DNA of 64,000 bases, from positions 1-64,000 of the forward strand of contig NIVC01003344.1 in NCBI GenBank assembly GCA_002269645.1, written 5' to 3'. Every line of letters starts with the position of its first letter. Position 1 is the first letter of the stretch. The stretch is from Macrostomum lignano (Eukaryota). The notes beneath the pieces are model-generated. The model was not told the origin of the DNA. It searched no databases and worked only from the letters and a program-made list of their open reading frames with translations. Positions 52,272 to 63,524 of the stretch are shown here, one piece after another. A program made the translations under genes and the position numbers.

Positions 52272-55200
52272 TCAGTCCTTCTCTGCGATGCGGGTCAGGT
52301 GGTGCTCGATCTCCGGTTCAGTCAGCGCGCTGCAAATGTGGGGTGACATGCGGCTAGCAACTCGGCCCCGTGTCTGCTCTCATCAGAGATAGAGAATCTG
52401 CCTCTCCCTCAGTGCCTGAGAATCTGCCTCTCCCTCAGTGCCTGAGAATCTGCCTCTCCCTCAGTGCCTGAGAATCTGCCTCTCCCTCAGGACCTGAGAA
52501 TCTGCCTCTCCCTCAGTGCCTGAGAATCTGCCTCTCCCTCAGGGCCTGAGAATCTGCCTCTCCCTCAGAGCCTGAGAATCTGCCTCTCCCTCAGGGCCTG
52601 AGAATCTGCCTCTCCCTCAGTGCCTGAGAATCTGCCTCTCCGCTCTCCCTCAGGGCCTGAGAATCTGCCTCTCCCTCAGGGCCTGAGAATCTGCCTCTCC
52701 CTCAGTGCCTGAGAATCTGCCTCTCCGCTCTCCCTCAGGGCCTGAGAATCTGCATGCATACAAAACTCTTGCTAAGCTGACGCACCGAAACCTAGGCGAG
52801 TCCTTAGTAACAACTCCGATCTCAATCTCGCTAGGCTTGAAGTCCATGCTGTGCACATGCGACAGGCAGTTGACAACAATCTCAATAGCCTCATCCAGGC
52901 TGTAGTCAGACTTCTTCTTCACTTTCTTCTCCAGGTAGTTCTTGGCCTCCATCTGCTTCGCGCCCACTCCGCAGGCGCGATAGCCGGCAACGAAGCCGGA
53001 CGGGTCGGTTTTGAACAGCATGGGCTGCTGCAGCTCTTCATCATAGCCGGCATAGAGCATTGAGCAGCCCAGAGGGCGCATGCCGGCACTTTGCGTGTTC
53101 ACCTGACAATATTAGTTATGATGCAATGGTTACTCTGGCATTCAGAACTGAAGCCTTTTGAGCTATCGGGAGTCATTCAGATTCATGGTTGAGTCGATTA
53201 GATTCATGGCTGAGTCATTCAGATTCAAAGCTGAGTCATTCAGATTCAGGGTTGAGTCATTCAGATTCATGGCTGAGTCATTCAGGTTCAAAGCTGAGTC
53301 ATTCAGATTCAGGGTTGAGTCATTCAGACTCAGGGTTTAGTCATTCAGATTCAAAGCTGAGTCATTCAGATTCAGGGTTGAGTCATTCAGATTCATGGCT
53401 GAGTCATTCAGGTTCATGGCTGATTCATTCAGATTCATGTCTGAGTCATTCAGATTCATGGTTGCGTCATTCCAATTCAGGGTTGAGTCATTCAGATTCA
53501 GGGTTGAGTCATTCAGATTCAAGGTTGAGTCATTCAGATTCATGGCTGAGTCATTCAGATTCATGGCTGATTCATTCAGATTCCTGGCTGAGTCATTCAG
53601 ATTCATGGCTGAGTAATTCAGATTCAAAGCTGAGTAATTCAGATTCACGGTTGAGTAATTCAGATTCACGGTTGAGTAATTCAGATTCACGGTTGAGTCA
53701 TTCAGATTCACGGTTGAGTAATTCAGATTCACGGTTGAGTCATTCAGATTCATGGCTGCGTCATTCCAATTCAGGGTTGAGTCATTCCGATTCAGGGTTG
53801 AGTCATTCTGATTCAGGGTTGAGTCTTGTTTCAAGGCTCTAGGACAAATAATTTTAAAATTAAACAAAACAAGCAAGCAACCCACCTGAGCTAAATCTGC
53901 CATCCTCTGCGCCAGAACGTCGCACGGCATTTCATATCCGTTTCTATTCTTAAATTTGGCCGCCTCAAACTGGGCCCGCCTCACCTGGGACCGGCAGTCA
54001 GCCAGCAGGCCGGTCATGAGGCAGCCAACTTTGTCAGTGAGGTTAAACAGCCGACTGACGCTGTCGGCTACGATAAGCTTGTCGGGGACTTTGCGCTGCG
54101 TGCCAAGGACAACACAGTCGACGCCGCGTACACCAATAGAGGTCAAACCGTCGATGTTGATGGCCTTGAAGGCGTATTCTGGATTGGCGGTAGGTTTATG
54201 ATGGGTGGGCCTGGTAAAAATCATAAGCATTTCAAAACTGTATCCAAGAAATTTCTAACACGATTTTGAACTTTTTTGAGGCTCCATGTCTATGGCCTGA
54301 ATGCATATATGCAACATTGTATTGAGAAGCAGTGGAAAAGCTATAAATATCAATTTAATAATTTATTCACTTATTAGCTAATTTAACTGCCATTTCAAAT
54401 TCAAGACATACCCAAAAAGTGCAAACCTTAAAATAAGGCCACAAATAATTAATTTGTAAATAGGTAATTATCATAAAAAATTATTTTATTCATCTATCAA
54501 TTACCATGCTGCAGGTTCTGCAACACTTTCCTTATCAGTCACTGATTGCCAACTGATTCTACAATAGTAAATTTACTAGTATTACACTAGTGACATTGAG
54601 CAACATTGAGAATAAATAAATCCACTATTTGGGCACATATCATGGGGTGAGGCTAAGCTGAGTAAAGGAAAGAGAATTTACAATTTACTTAGGTTTGTGT
54701 GTATAAAGAGTGGTAAGGTGAGATGCTACCCAATTAGGTAAAGCTTTAAAGTCTATACCTCTGCTTAGAGACATGTCTGGCTAGCTGACTAAATGTACCC
54801 AACCCCAAACAAGGCTGATGAGGGATTAAGTGTGCAGGTGTAGCAATCACAGACTGGCAGGCTGCCACACTATATTAAAATGATAATAGTACTATAGACC
54901 TAGGCTGGTACCTTTTCTATCCATACATGTGCAACTGCTGGCCGACCTGGCCGATCTGGCCACCGTAAATTGTGGTGGACCAGGGGTAAGTTGCAAAAAT
55001 GCCCACCCCAAAGAATACAGACGTAGTACTAATTAGATGACGAGGCATTTAGCCCTTATAAGACAGTCATAGTTACTCCTGCCGTTTACCCAAAATTACG
55101 TTAATGTTGCTCTAGGGTTTCTTTCACAGGTAAGTCGCATTTCTGGTCAAAAAGTAAGTCGCATGGCCAGTGTAAATCAGGGGGGTTGCGCATGTATGTT

Positions 55201-57586
55201 TTCTATCTATCAATGTTTATATTTTTACTTGGAAAATATATACAATGATGACAGTAAAAAGAAAAACAAAGATTATTTAATTTTTGAGTTTGTTAATAAC
55301 TTGATATATATTAAATGTAAATATGATATTGAATAACATCAGTGGGCTTCCAGTTTGTTTTTCCATATTATTTACAAGTTTGAATTTGTGCCACAACATA
55401 CCTCTGAGTACTAGATAGATTGGTTTACAGATAAGTAAATAGAGTAGTAGCAAAAGTAGTAGATCTGATAAAGAAATTGATATGGTAACAAAAGTAACAA
55501 TAGATAGAGTCATACATGCGCAACAGTCGGCTGAGTCGGCCGATCTAGCCAACCAATTTGGCGGCCAACCAAGGTAAGTTGCAAAAATTCTCTCCCAAAT
55601 AAATACCAAAGTAGTACTAAGTAGATGATGAGGCATTTTGCTTTAATAAGACAGTTATAGTTACTCTTGCCATTTACCCAAAGTTGCGTTAGTTTTGCTT
55701 TAGGACTTCTTTTACATGTAAGTCACATTTTTGGCCAAAAACTACATCACATTTTTGTTAAAACTAAGTTGCATGGCCAACCAAATTTTGGAGGTTGCGC
55801 ATGTATGGATGGAGTGGTAGATAAGAGCTAGAGGCTAGATCATTTTCTTATGCTATTTCCTATCCTTTTTGGCCATAGACATTTTCTACTAAGGCATTAT
55901 ATTGCAGTACCAATTCAAACTTGAAAATAATATCAAGAAACAAACAGGAAAATCAGGATAACCATATAATATCATGGTCAAAAATAGTTGTGTAATCACA
56001 AATCTAAACTTTTTGAGATATCAAAACAAAAATCAAGATTGAAAAATGTGATAAAATCTTGATGATTAAGATCAAGATCAAGACTGTATCTAACCCCTAC
56101 TTATGAGAGCTACAAAAATTATGTATTAGTTTTTTTAATTGAATCTAAATTTTAATGATTTTTTTGTGCTACTGCATACTAGTACTCTGCTATACTCTGG
56201 ATCATGTAATATATGCCTGAAAATTTGGGCATGTATTGGCCTTGTATACCAAAAGTTAGACATGCATAGTTTGCATGCATTATTCCTAAGAAAATAGTTT
56301 GTATGCATATCTAATATGCACTTTATAGAATAACACAGAAAAGTTAAATGGGAAAAATAGGAAGTTCATTTTAAGCATAAATTTCAAGTTTTTTAGATAT
56401 AATAAAGCATTTAAACAATATTTTTGTATAGTAATAGATCAAATATGGATTTTGCAAGTTTCAAAACCCAATCCTAATAGTAATATATAAAAAATTTTTA
56501 ATCTAAATCCAAATATCCAAATATGTTTCTAAATGCAAACAAAAAATAAAAGGTAAATGGCAAGACTAACTATGACCTTTTTGAGTAACAAAATTGCCCA
56601 ATCATCTATTTAGTGATCTAAGTAAGCAACTAGTCTACTTTTCAAATGAAATTTGAGTGAAATTGCAAGAATTAAAACTTAGTAAAGAGTAAATACGTTT
56701 TAATTAAACTTAATTCTTATATAGGCCTAACTAATCTAGTCTAGCTAATTCTAATTACTAATACTAACTAATATCACATTTGTGCAATTTGAGAACTTTA
56801 TTATAAGTCCATGCATTTCATTTTGAAAAAACTACTAATGATTATACTTAAATAATGATAGACAAAAAATGTTTATGCAACTTTAGTTTAGGTTCAATGC
56901 CTCAAAGGTCCCAAGTAACTTTACTTAATATAATTTTGGGACAACTAGTCATAATAACTTTACTAAAATAAAATAACTAAAGAAGAGAGGGGGCATAGCC
57001 CAGTGGTAGCGCAGCTGCTCTGGTATGCCAGTAATCCATGCTCGATTCCAAGTATAGTCACATTAATTTGGGGCTGAATTGATATCTTGGCTTGGCTCTG
57101 CTCCTGTAATTAATGGCCTTGAGAGCCAACCTCCAAGGCATAGTGAAGTGTACATGCCTAACAATAATATAAAGTTAGGGCCACTGTACACTCCTGTGTG
57201 AGTGTGCACCAGCGTATGTATTGCACACTTGTATGCCTGCTCAAAGGAGTTGGCAGAATGGGCAGTAATGCCTCTTGCTGGTTGTGTGCCTATGTTGCTT
57301 AAAGTGCGACAGGGTGCACACAACCCCCTGCCTCTAGTCTAATAAAAAAATAAAATAAGAAACTAAAGAAGAGAAGAATTAAATGTATATAGATCTAAAA
57401 TCATAATTCAACTAGTTATAGGGGATCACAATTAGAAATGTATGATGCAATAAAAATACAATATAATTATTTGATGAAATGCAAAAGATTGATATTGAAT
57501 ATAAACTTACCAATCTGATACAACCGGCCTTCTGGAGAGAAAATTGTAATATGCCTATCAAATCCTGCACTGCTGCCTGAAGCCAT
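52272..57586 (-). CDS. PSMA6: Proteasome subunit alpha type-6 (alpha1), 247 aa
   Basis: join complement(57511..57586,53886..54178,52786..53102,52272..52329), 744 nt. [86 protein letters not shown]. Confidence 0.96.
52395..52750. repeat. Intronic 26-bp minisatellite (GCCTGAGAATCTGCCTCTCCCTCAGT)n
   Basis: About 13 units. Confidence 0.95.
53165..53825. repeat. Intronic 21-bp minisatellite (GAGTCATTCAGATTCAKGGYT)n
   Basis: About 31 units. Confidence 0.95.
54922..55198. mobile_element. hAT MITE (277 bp) in PSMA6 intron 1
   Basis: TIR CATACATGTGCAAC / GTTGCGCATGTATG; flanking duplication TTTTCTATC (9 bp, or 8 bp plus a homopolymer slip). Confidence 0.85.
55511..55807. mobile_element. hAT MITE (297 bp), paralog of 54922-55198
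   Basis: TIR CATACATGCGCAAC / GTTGCGCATGTATG; TSD GATAGAGT/GATGGAGT (7 of 8 match); internal similarity to the neighbouring copy. Confidence 0.88.
56989..57360 (+). mobile_element. Full-length tRNA-derived SINE (~370 bp)
   Basis: Head GGGGGCATAGCCCAGTGGTAG (A box) ... GCTCGATTCC (B box-like); A-rich tail; 14-bp TSD AACTAAAGAAGAGA (56975-56988, 57361-57374); second copy at 31943-34713. Confidence 0.88.
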
Positions 57587-59129
57587 TGCTAGTCTATAAA
57601 CACTTGATATAAATTTAAATCAGCAACAACTACAAAAGTAGGTATACCTATAACTATACTCTATAATGAGATAGATAATATTAAATATATAATGGGATGC
57701 AGAGTAATGTCAATATTACTATAGTAAGAAGTCTACTTTGATAGTCTTAAATTTTACTATATTTTTATTAACAATGATAAGTAAAATTTAAGTCAATGGT
57801 CTCACTCGACTTAATTTTACTATACTTGTGTATGTTTTTATGCACTATATTTTATTGATTTAGGACCATCAAATTTTACTTTACTTGTTTTTACTGAAGT
57901 AAGATTTTCCTTTCAAGTACGTCACCTTGAATTCTCTTGAAAACAATTTTTTTCTGTACGCGAAATGTTTCATAGAAATGGCCGTGCCAAGTAATAGCGT
58001 CGGATAACAAATTACACTATTTTACGCTACTTAATGTTATTAAAAATGACGAAAATGAACGTTTTTCCATAAAAATGAACTTTAAAAAAGTAGGTAATTA
58101 GAAACTTTTAATTTTTGTTTCCTATCCGTATAATGAACTCAAAGCAGGGTGCAGGATGCTGTCTGTCAATTTAACCCTAGGCCTTAGTCCATGGACTGAA
58201 CAGCCGTACGCAGGCTTCAGATGCGTCCTGCAATAGCTGCGGTTGCACTTTTGGCCCAATTGGGGCAAGTGTAATCAATCAATTAGTTAAAGGAGGATCA
58301 CTTATCGCTATACAGTTCATAAAATTCATATTAATTACTTACAGTTGAGTTCGCGAGGAAAGGCTCAATTCTCACGAGAATCTGTGTGTAACTTACCATT
58401 GGCTGAGCCATTAACCGGGGCAGACTAAATTTGAGCGTTGCTTGAGGTGGGTTGTTTGAAGAGAAATTGCCCGCTTATTCGGTGTCCATGCATGCACCTT
58501 GACAATTTTCAGCTCCCAGTAGTTTAATGGCAACCTCTTTACCAATCAACAAGGCATTGTTTGATACGAGCTAATAGGGAGACTAGCCGGAATTTCACGA
58601 AGCTTGCAAATGGAGATTGGACGTCGTCTGACGGACAAAGTTTTACTTAGATAAAAGAAGTGTTGCGGAAATTAGTAGCGAAATGCAGGTCTCTATCGCG
58701 GGCGCCATCTTACTTTGTCAAGAAAAAAAACATAGAATCCTAATTTTCTGAACGAAAAGCTTTATGAATATCAATACAGCTATAAGAAAGGCACGACATA
58801 TCAAAAGATAAACACTGGGTCTGCCTCCTATCAAATGGCAATAGCAATTTTTGTGCTGAAAAATGGAAACTTCCTATCTCCAAAGAGTATTTTTGGCCTC
58901 CATAGAGGCCAAAAAGTGGCCTTCTAAACTTTTCCATGAAACGTGAGTGTCGCGTCCTGTATATGCGTTGCTTTAGTTGTCCTTGGTAATGGTAATCTTA
59001 ACTAACCCCAGATCAAATGCAATCATTTATTTTGTGATAAAAAATGACTTATTTTTTCCAGAAAATTGGCCTTCTAAAAATTATACGATTTTTGACTTTG
59101 TTATATTATATTATTGTTATATTACAGTG

Positions 59130-59570
59130 GTCCTTGCTTGGAGCCAGCATGAGATTCGCGCACCAATGTCACCTCACCGAACTGGCGAGGGGGAGGCACA
59201 ACTGGCACCTCAAGACTGTCTGGCTGCTTCGGTATCGTCAGCGATGTCAAGGACCTTGAGAGGGCTACCTCTATGTCAAGCCTACGTACGTTGGACTCTT
59301 TGCGACAGTGGCTACTACTGGTGTGGTCTTGGCAAAGCTGGCACCTAATTGCCTTCCAACGAGAGCAAAACCAGGTGTACAACCAGCTGGTCCCGGGGAA
59401 GCCAATGTTCGCCGCCTAAGCTCCATCAGCAACCTCCAGCCTGAAAAGGTTCTGCAAAGACTCGGCTCAACTGCTAAAGCACTAGACTATATATATGGAT
59501 ATTCTTCACGAGAGATGCAACAGCAACCTCAGATACGAGTTGAGATCGAACTACCTGTCGGAGGCTAAGC
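59130..59570 (+). pseudogene. Possible degenerate SRCR-like coding fragment
   Basis: GP*EGYLYVK followed after a frameshift by WTLCDSGYYW resembles the SRCR G.CEG.VEV...W.TVCD..W block; weak. Confidence 0.25.
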
Positions 59571-60009
59571 GATCTTTTTCGGCTGATGGCGCTGAATGGT
59601 CTGTTAAGTCGGAGACGAGTGTCGGAGAAATAGCGGTTCAATGTTTCGAGTAGCTGCAAGTTGCATTCGAGAATCTGTGTCGCCAATTTCTCTGCAAATT
59701 GGGTGGAGGCTGCCCCCCATCCCTAAGAGGACAAACACCTTCACGAGCATTAAGTGCATGTAGGTTTCGATTATTTTTTACTATATGTGCTCAACCAAAT
59801 TTAATTGTCCCTTTTCGCACATTTTGGGAATTATGTTGTCTAGTTTTAGTCTTCTCTTTGCCTTCAATTCACATGAGCTACCTACCCTGTACTGTACTAC
59901 TGCCAGTAGCAATGGAACTTCCCTCTCGTTATTCTTCTATCTTCTCTATTCTTTCCTACCCTCTCTCCTCTTCCCTTCTACCTCTCTCTCCTATAGTCAA
60001 GAGCATCCA

Positions 60010-60230
60010 GTCCCAGCAGTGTCCCTTTTATCCGCTATGACTGTGAGATTGACAGCAAAAGACACTATTTGGCAGGTTGGTCCAGAGACCCTTCTAGTCA
60101 GAATCCCGATTTCGCTGATTTCGTGAGCCGATTCGCAAGGTTTGGTGGCGGCGGATTTAGCTTGATCCATGAATTAGCGATCTTATATCTTTTAAATCCC
60201 CTGCTTGTCTCTCACTGTCTTCTCTGAGAA
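60010..60230 (+). repeat. Dispersed repeat, copy 2 (of 37803-38030)
   Basis: See copy 1. Confidence 0.75.
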
Positions 60231-60577
60231 GATAAAGAAGAAACTTTCAGGCAGTAAAAGTCACTACATCTTTATTTTGACAAAACGGTCCTACTTCAAC
60301 TGATGTACTGATGTGCAGTACCCCATCATTGCCTGTTGCATAAGAAAACAAGCCTTAACATTCTTTTTCAATCATAAAAAATAGTCGAGTGAAGAAAAGC
60401 CAGCCAAATGCAATATTGACAGTCGCTAAATTTAGTTTGCATTGCTTAAGCAAACCCCATCGGCATCAGCATGTAGCCAGTTTGATTGCCCAACCGTGGC
60501 AGTATTCAAACAGCTTCGCATGTCTGCCAAATAATTGAATTCGAACAGCCATCTCAGCTCTCTGCTCATACTCTGCT

Positions 60578-60606
60578 CACGTGAGTGCTGTGTGCCCCTA
60601 TTTAAA
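60578..60606 (+). promoter_or_regulatory. Candidate core promoter (E-box CACGTG and TATA-like TATTTAAA) of the small secreted-peptide gene
   Basis: Located about 120-150 bp upstream of the ATG at 60727; motif match only. Confidence 0.4.
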
Positions 60607-60726
60607 CGCCTTCTCGTCTCTTCTTGAGCCGGAAAAACGTGCCGGCACACTAAACCGTCGCATCCAGACGCTCAGACTCTGAGCCTCATCGAAAGGCATC
60701 AATAGTTATCGAAATCGACTCAAAAA

Positions 60727-60924
60727 ATGAAGTGGCAATTTGTTCTTGGCCTTCTGCTCTGCGTCGCCCTGGTCGCCTCCGTATCCGGCGAGGAGCTGCC
60801 AGTGGAGACCTTGAAGGCGCTGGAGGCTCTGTCCAATCCGGTGGAGTCCAGCAGAATGCAACACGAGGAGAAGGCCATCCTCATCAAGAAAGCCGTCTAC
60901 AAACCGAATTATTACAAAGATTGA
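60727..60924 (+). CDS. Small secreted prepropeptide (signal peptide, acidic pro-region, KK site); possible extension to 60957 through UGA
   Basis: AAAAATG context; hydrophobic signal MKWQFVLGLLLCVALVASVSG; GC3-rich codons like the other genes; dibasic KK before AVYKPNYYKD. Confidence 0.75.
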   Translation: MKWQFVLGLLLCVALVASVSGEELPVETLKALEALSNPVESSRMQHEEKAILIKKAVYKPNYYKD

Positions 60925-61279
60925 AGCGCGTACTGCATGAGGATCTGTCCGGACTGAATTGTAAGCCCAACAATATCTAACCGCGTGGCTTAACTGGAAA
61001 GTGGAAAGAGCATAAAATATTTTTCTCCTATTGATATCCACGTGACTATCGCTTTTAACTATAATGTTAAAAATATACAATCGACAATTCCACACTCAGT
61101 ATAATGAAATTTAATTTAACAAAACATTTTGTATAGTTTTTTGATTTGTGCATTTTTAGCACAGTGCCGCAAGCGCGCTGGTTCTACCCGACGAAGGTAA
61201 AAACCCGACGTAGAAATCTGGTAAAGTTTGGCTGATGCTTGTTCTGCAGTCAACAAAAACAACAACAAAATGCGTTGTC

Positions 61280-61470
61280 AAGCAAGACAACGTTGTGACG
61301 GGACAGGCCGGTGCAGCGATAGAGTGCCGCATTGGTGACTCGTTCGTAGCCGATCTTGAAGGCGACGGGCAGCAGGCCAGCGTGCGCCGCATTGACCTGA
61401 TGTTCGAGTGAATCCGTCAGCGTCCAGGTCTCGGCGTTTGTTCTACAGGACGGTCTCGATCACCGTTCTG
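61280..61470 (-). mobile_element. RTE/L2-like LINE ORF2 C-terminal fragment
   Basis: ETWTLTDSLEHQVNAAHAGLLPVAFKIGYERVTNAALYRCTGL matches the post-RT ETWTL..VTN..LY block. Confidence 0.7.
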
Positions 61471-62804
61471 CAGGCACAGGTGCTCAAGCAAGTTACAGCA
61501 GATATTCAAGAGCTGTCTATTGTCACAAAGCATTTAACTACGGGCTGTGTGTAAACGCGCCATTCGATTTAGCAGATCATGTTCTCATTTTTACGGTAAA
61601 TTTCTATGTATTTGATTCAGTTTATGCTTAACGTGATTCAGTACTTCAAAATCACTGAAGCGAGTGTTCTTGGTGGCAGCGATAATGGATCTTCAAAGGG
61701 CTTGCCTGTCAACTTAAGCTCATAAGGTGGAGCCAGAGTAACCTATGTACACAAATAGAGAAAAAGAGAACAAGCAAGGGACAATTAGGGACTGTTATGT
61801 CAACTTAAGCTCATAAGGTGGAATCCATAATTGTCCCCTTGCTTGTTCTTTCCTATCACAGGTCCAATTTTTGTAACTTTTTGCCAAATCCAGCTTTCTG
61901 GTGTCACTGTGAGCAGAATGACGTATCATTCTGCAGGCCCTTTAAGCGCGGATGGCACAGCCCGTTGCAACATCCATTGGGTTGTCTCATATTGTGTCAT
62001 ACTTTATTAAATTTCTTTTCAAACATTCGCGAACGTTCAGTGAGACGAAAAATAGCTTTAAAAACCAATGATTCGAAATTAAATAAGTTAGCCATGTGTA
62101 CTTGAAATGAAGTCTACAGGGAGGGATCATCCCAACAATTCAGGAAGCTGCAGTCAAGCTTATGGCAAATATTCTAGTCCGCAAGGATTTGCTGGATCAC
62201 CACGCCAGCCTGGTCCGTCCAAGCGGTCTGCTGAGCTGTTGGCGACTTCAGCTGGTGAGCCACATTATCGTCGCCGAGTCCCTACCCTACCGGCGAGGAC
62301 AGGCGCGTGCTCTCGACGTTTCGTCGACTGTCTGCTTTTGTTTAGGATCCACTAAGGTCATACGTGAAGTGTCCTGTGTAGTTTAGTAGTCCTTAAATCC
62401 CAATCGAGGTAGTTCTACTACTATACATGTGTAATATATCAGTAATGGTATTGAGCGTTTTAATATTTTCGATCGTTATTTTCCATTGATACTAGCTATA
62501 GCTGCATGTACTTCGACAGAGTTTGCAACCTGACTTGGTTAGCCAACTTGGTAATGTAAATTCGTCATCAAAATATTGTCCATTCATTGGATTCTAGGAA
62601 ATAAGACAGATTAAACAAACAAATTAAATTAATTAAATATAAGTAAATTAACAAACAAACTGCATTAATTAATATATAAAAGGTGAAGCAATAGGCGTTT
62701 ATGCAGTTCTATTTTACAAAAAAAAATATCGATATAAGACACTTCTTGTATCTGATTAAAAAACACACTGCTATCACTACTATCAGTAATATGTGCGAGA
62801 CAGG

Positions 62805-63388
62805 TCAAGCAGCCTGAGCATCCGTAGACTTGGCCAGCTTCTCGGCCAGCCAACGCTTCTCCAGGCCGGCCTCCACCGTGTCCATGAAACCGTCGAACGG
62901 GTTCCGGTTTCTGGGTCGGTAGCGCTGCAAGGAACGTACGGGGGGAGCGGAGTCTTGCGAGTGCGGTACCTGGTTGCCAAGCTCAGATAGTTTATCTAAA
63001 TTGGCATTAGGCAGTGCCGCAAATCACACGGAAGCGCTCTAGACTAATTTTGGTGCGCAAGACTCAAATTATTTATGGTAATTGGCGCAAGTGGTCCAAC
63101 TGACGTCTTAGCCGTTGAGCTGCTCTGCCTCTAAAGGAAACACTTTAAAATTAGCTCGTATCGCCATATTAGACCGGCATCATGTCGGCAGTTTCTTTAA
63201 ATTTTGCAGTGTACTCACAGTGTACTCGCATGAAATATTAGGAAACGGATTCTGTTGCAGGTGCAGCCTGGGGTCCCATTTCTGCGGCTGTCGCACAGCG
63301 GACCACATCGTGCCGGATGCGTCGCGCATGTTCTTGATCTCGTGCAGCGGGCCGACGACTATTAGAATGATGTTGTAGTTTGAGGCGT
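62805..63388 (-). CDS. Last two coding exons of an unidentified gene that begins beyond the window end
   Basis: complement(63219..63388) ASNYNIILIVVGPLHEIKNMRDASGTMWSAVRQPQKWDPRLHLQQNPFPNISCEYT, GTGAGT donor, phase-0 join to complement(62805..62969) VPHSQDS..RNRNPFDGFMDTVEAGLEKRWLAEKLAKSTDAQAA*; GC3-rich. Confidence 0.65.
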
Positions 63389-63524
63389 CTAATTATAAAA
63401 CTGCTGCCGGCACAGTTCGTATGAGTAAGACAGATGATTTACTAGATGCATGGACTTGGGGCTCTTGTGCTCTTGATAACAAATTAGGCCCCTTTCGACA
63501 CTCAATATTGGACATATTGACACA

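Noticed and set aside
56989-57060. Functional tRNA gene
   Set aside because: No proper cloverleaf or acceptor stem; embedded in a TSD-bounded, A-tailed repeat, so called a SINE head.
58390-58420. ATG|GTAAGT as the first coding exon of PSMA6
   Set aside because: Splicing it to the acceptor above 57586 is out of frame, and the conserved N-terminus is already complete at 57586; at most a UTR exon.
60706-61095. 129-aa minus-strand ORF
   Set aside because: Antisense shadow of the GC3-rich secreted-peptide gene.
60960-61150. SECIS candidates (GTGA-N11-AA...GA near 61044; ATGA-N11-AA...GA near 61103)
   Set aside because: Spacing fits but helix II does not base-pair by eye; not accepted without SECISearch.
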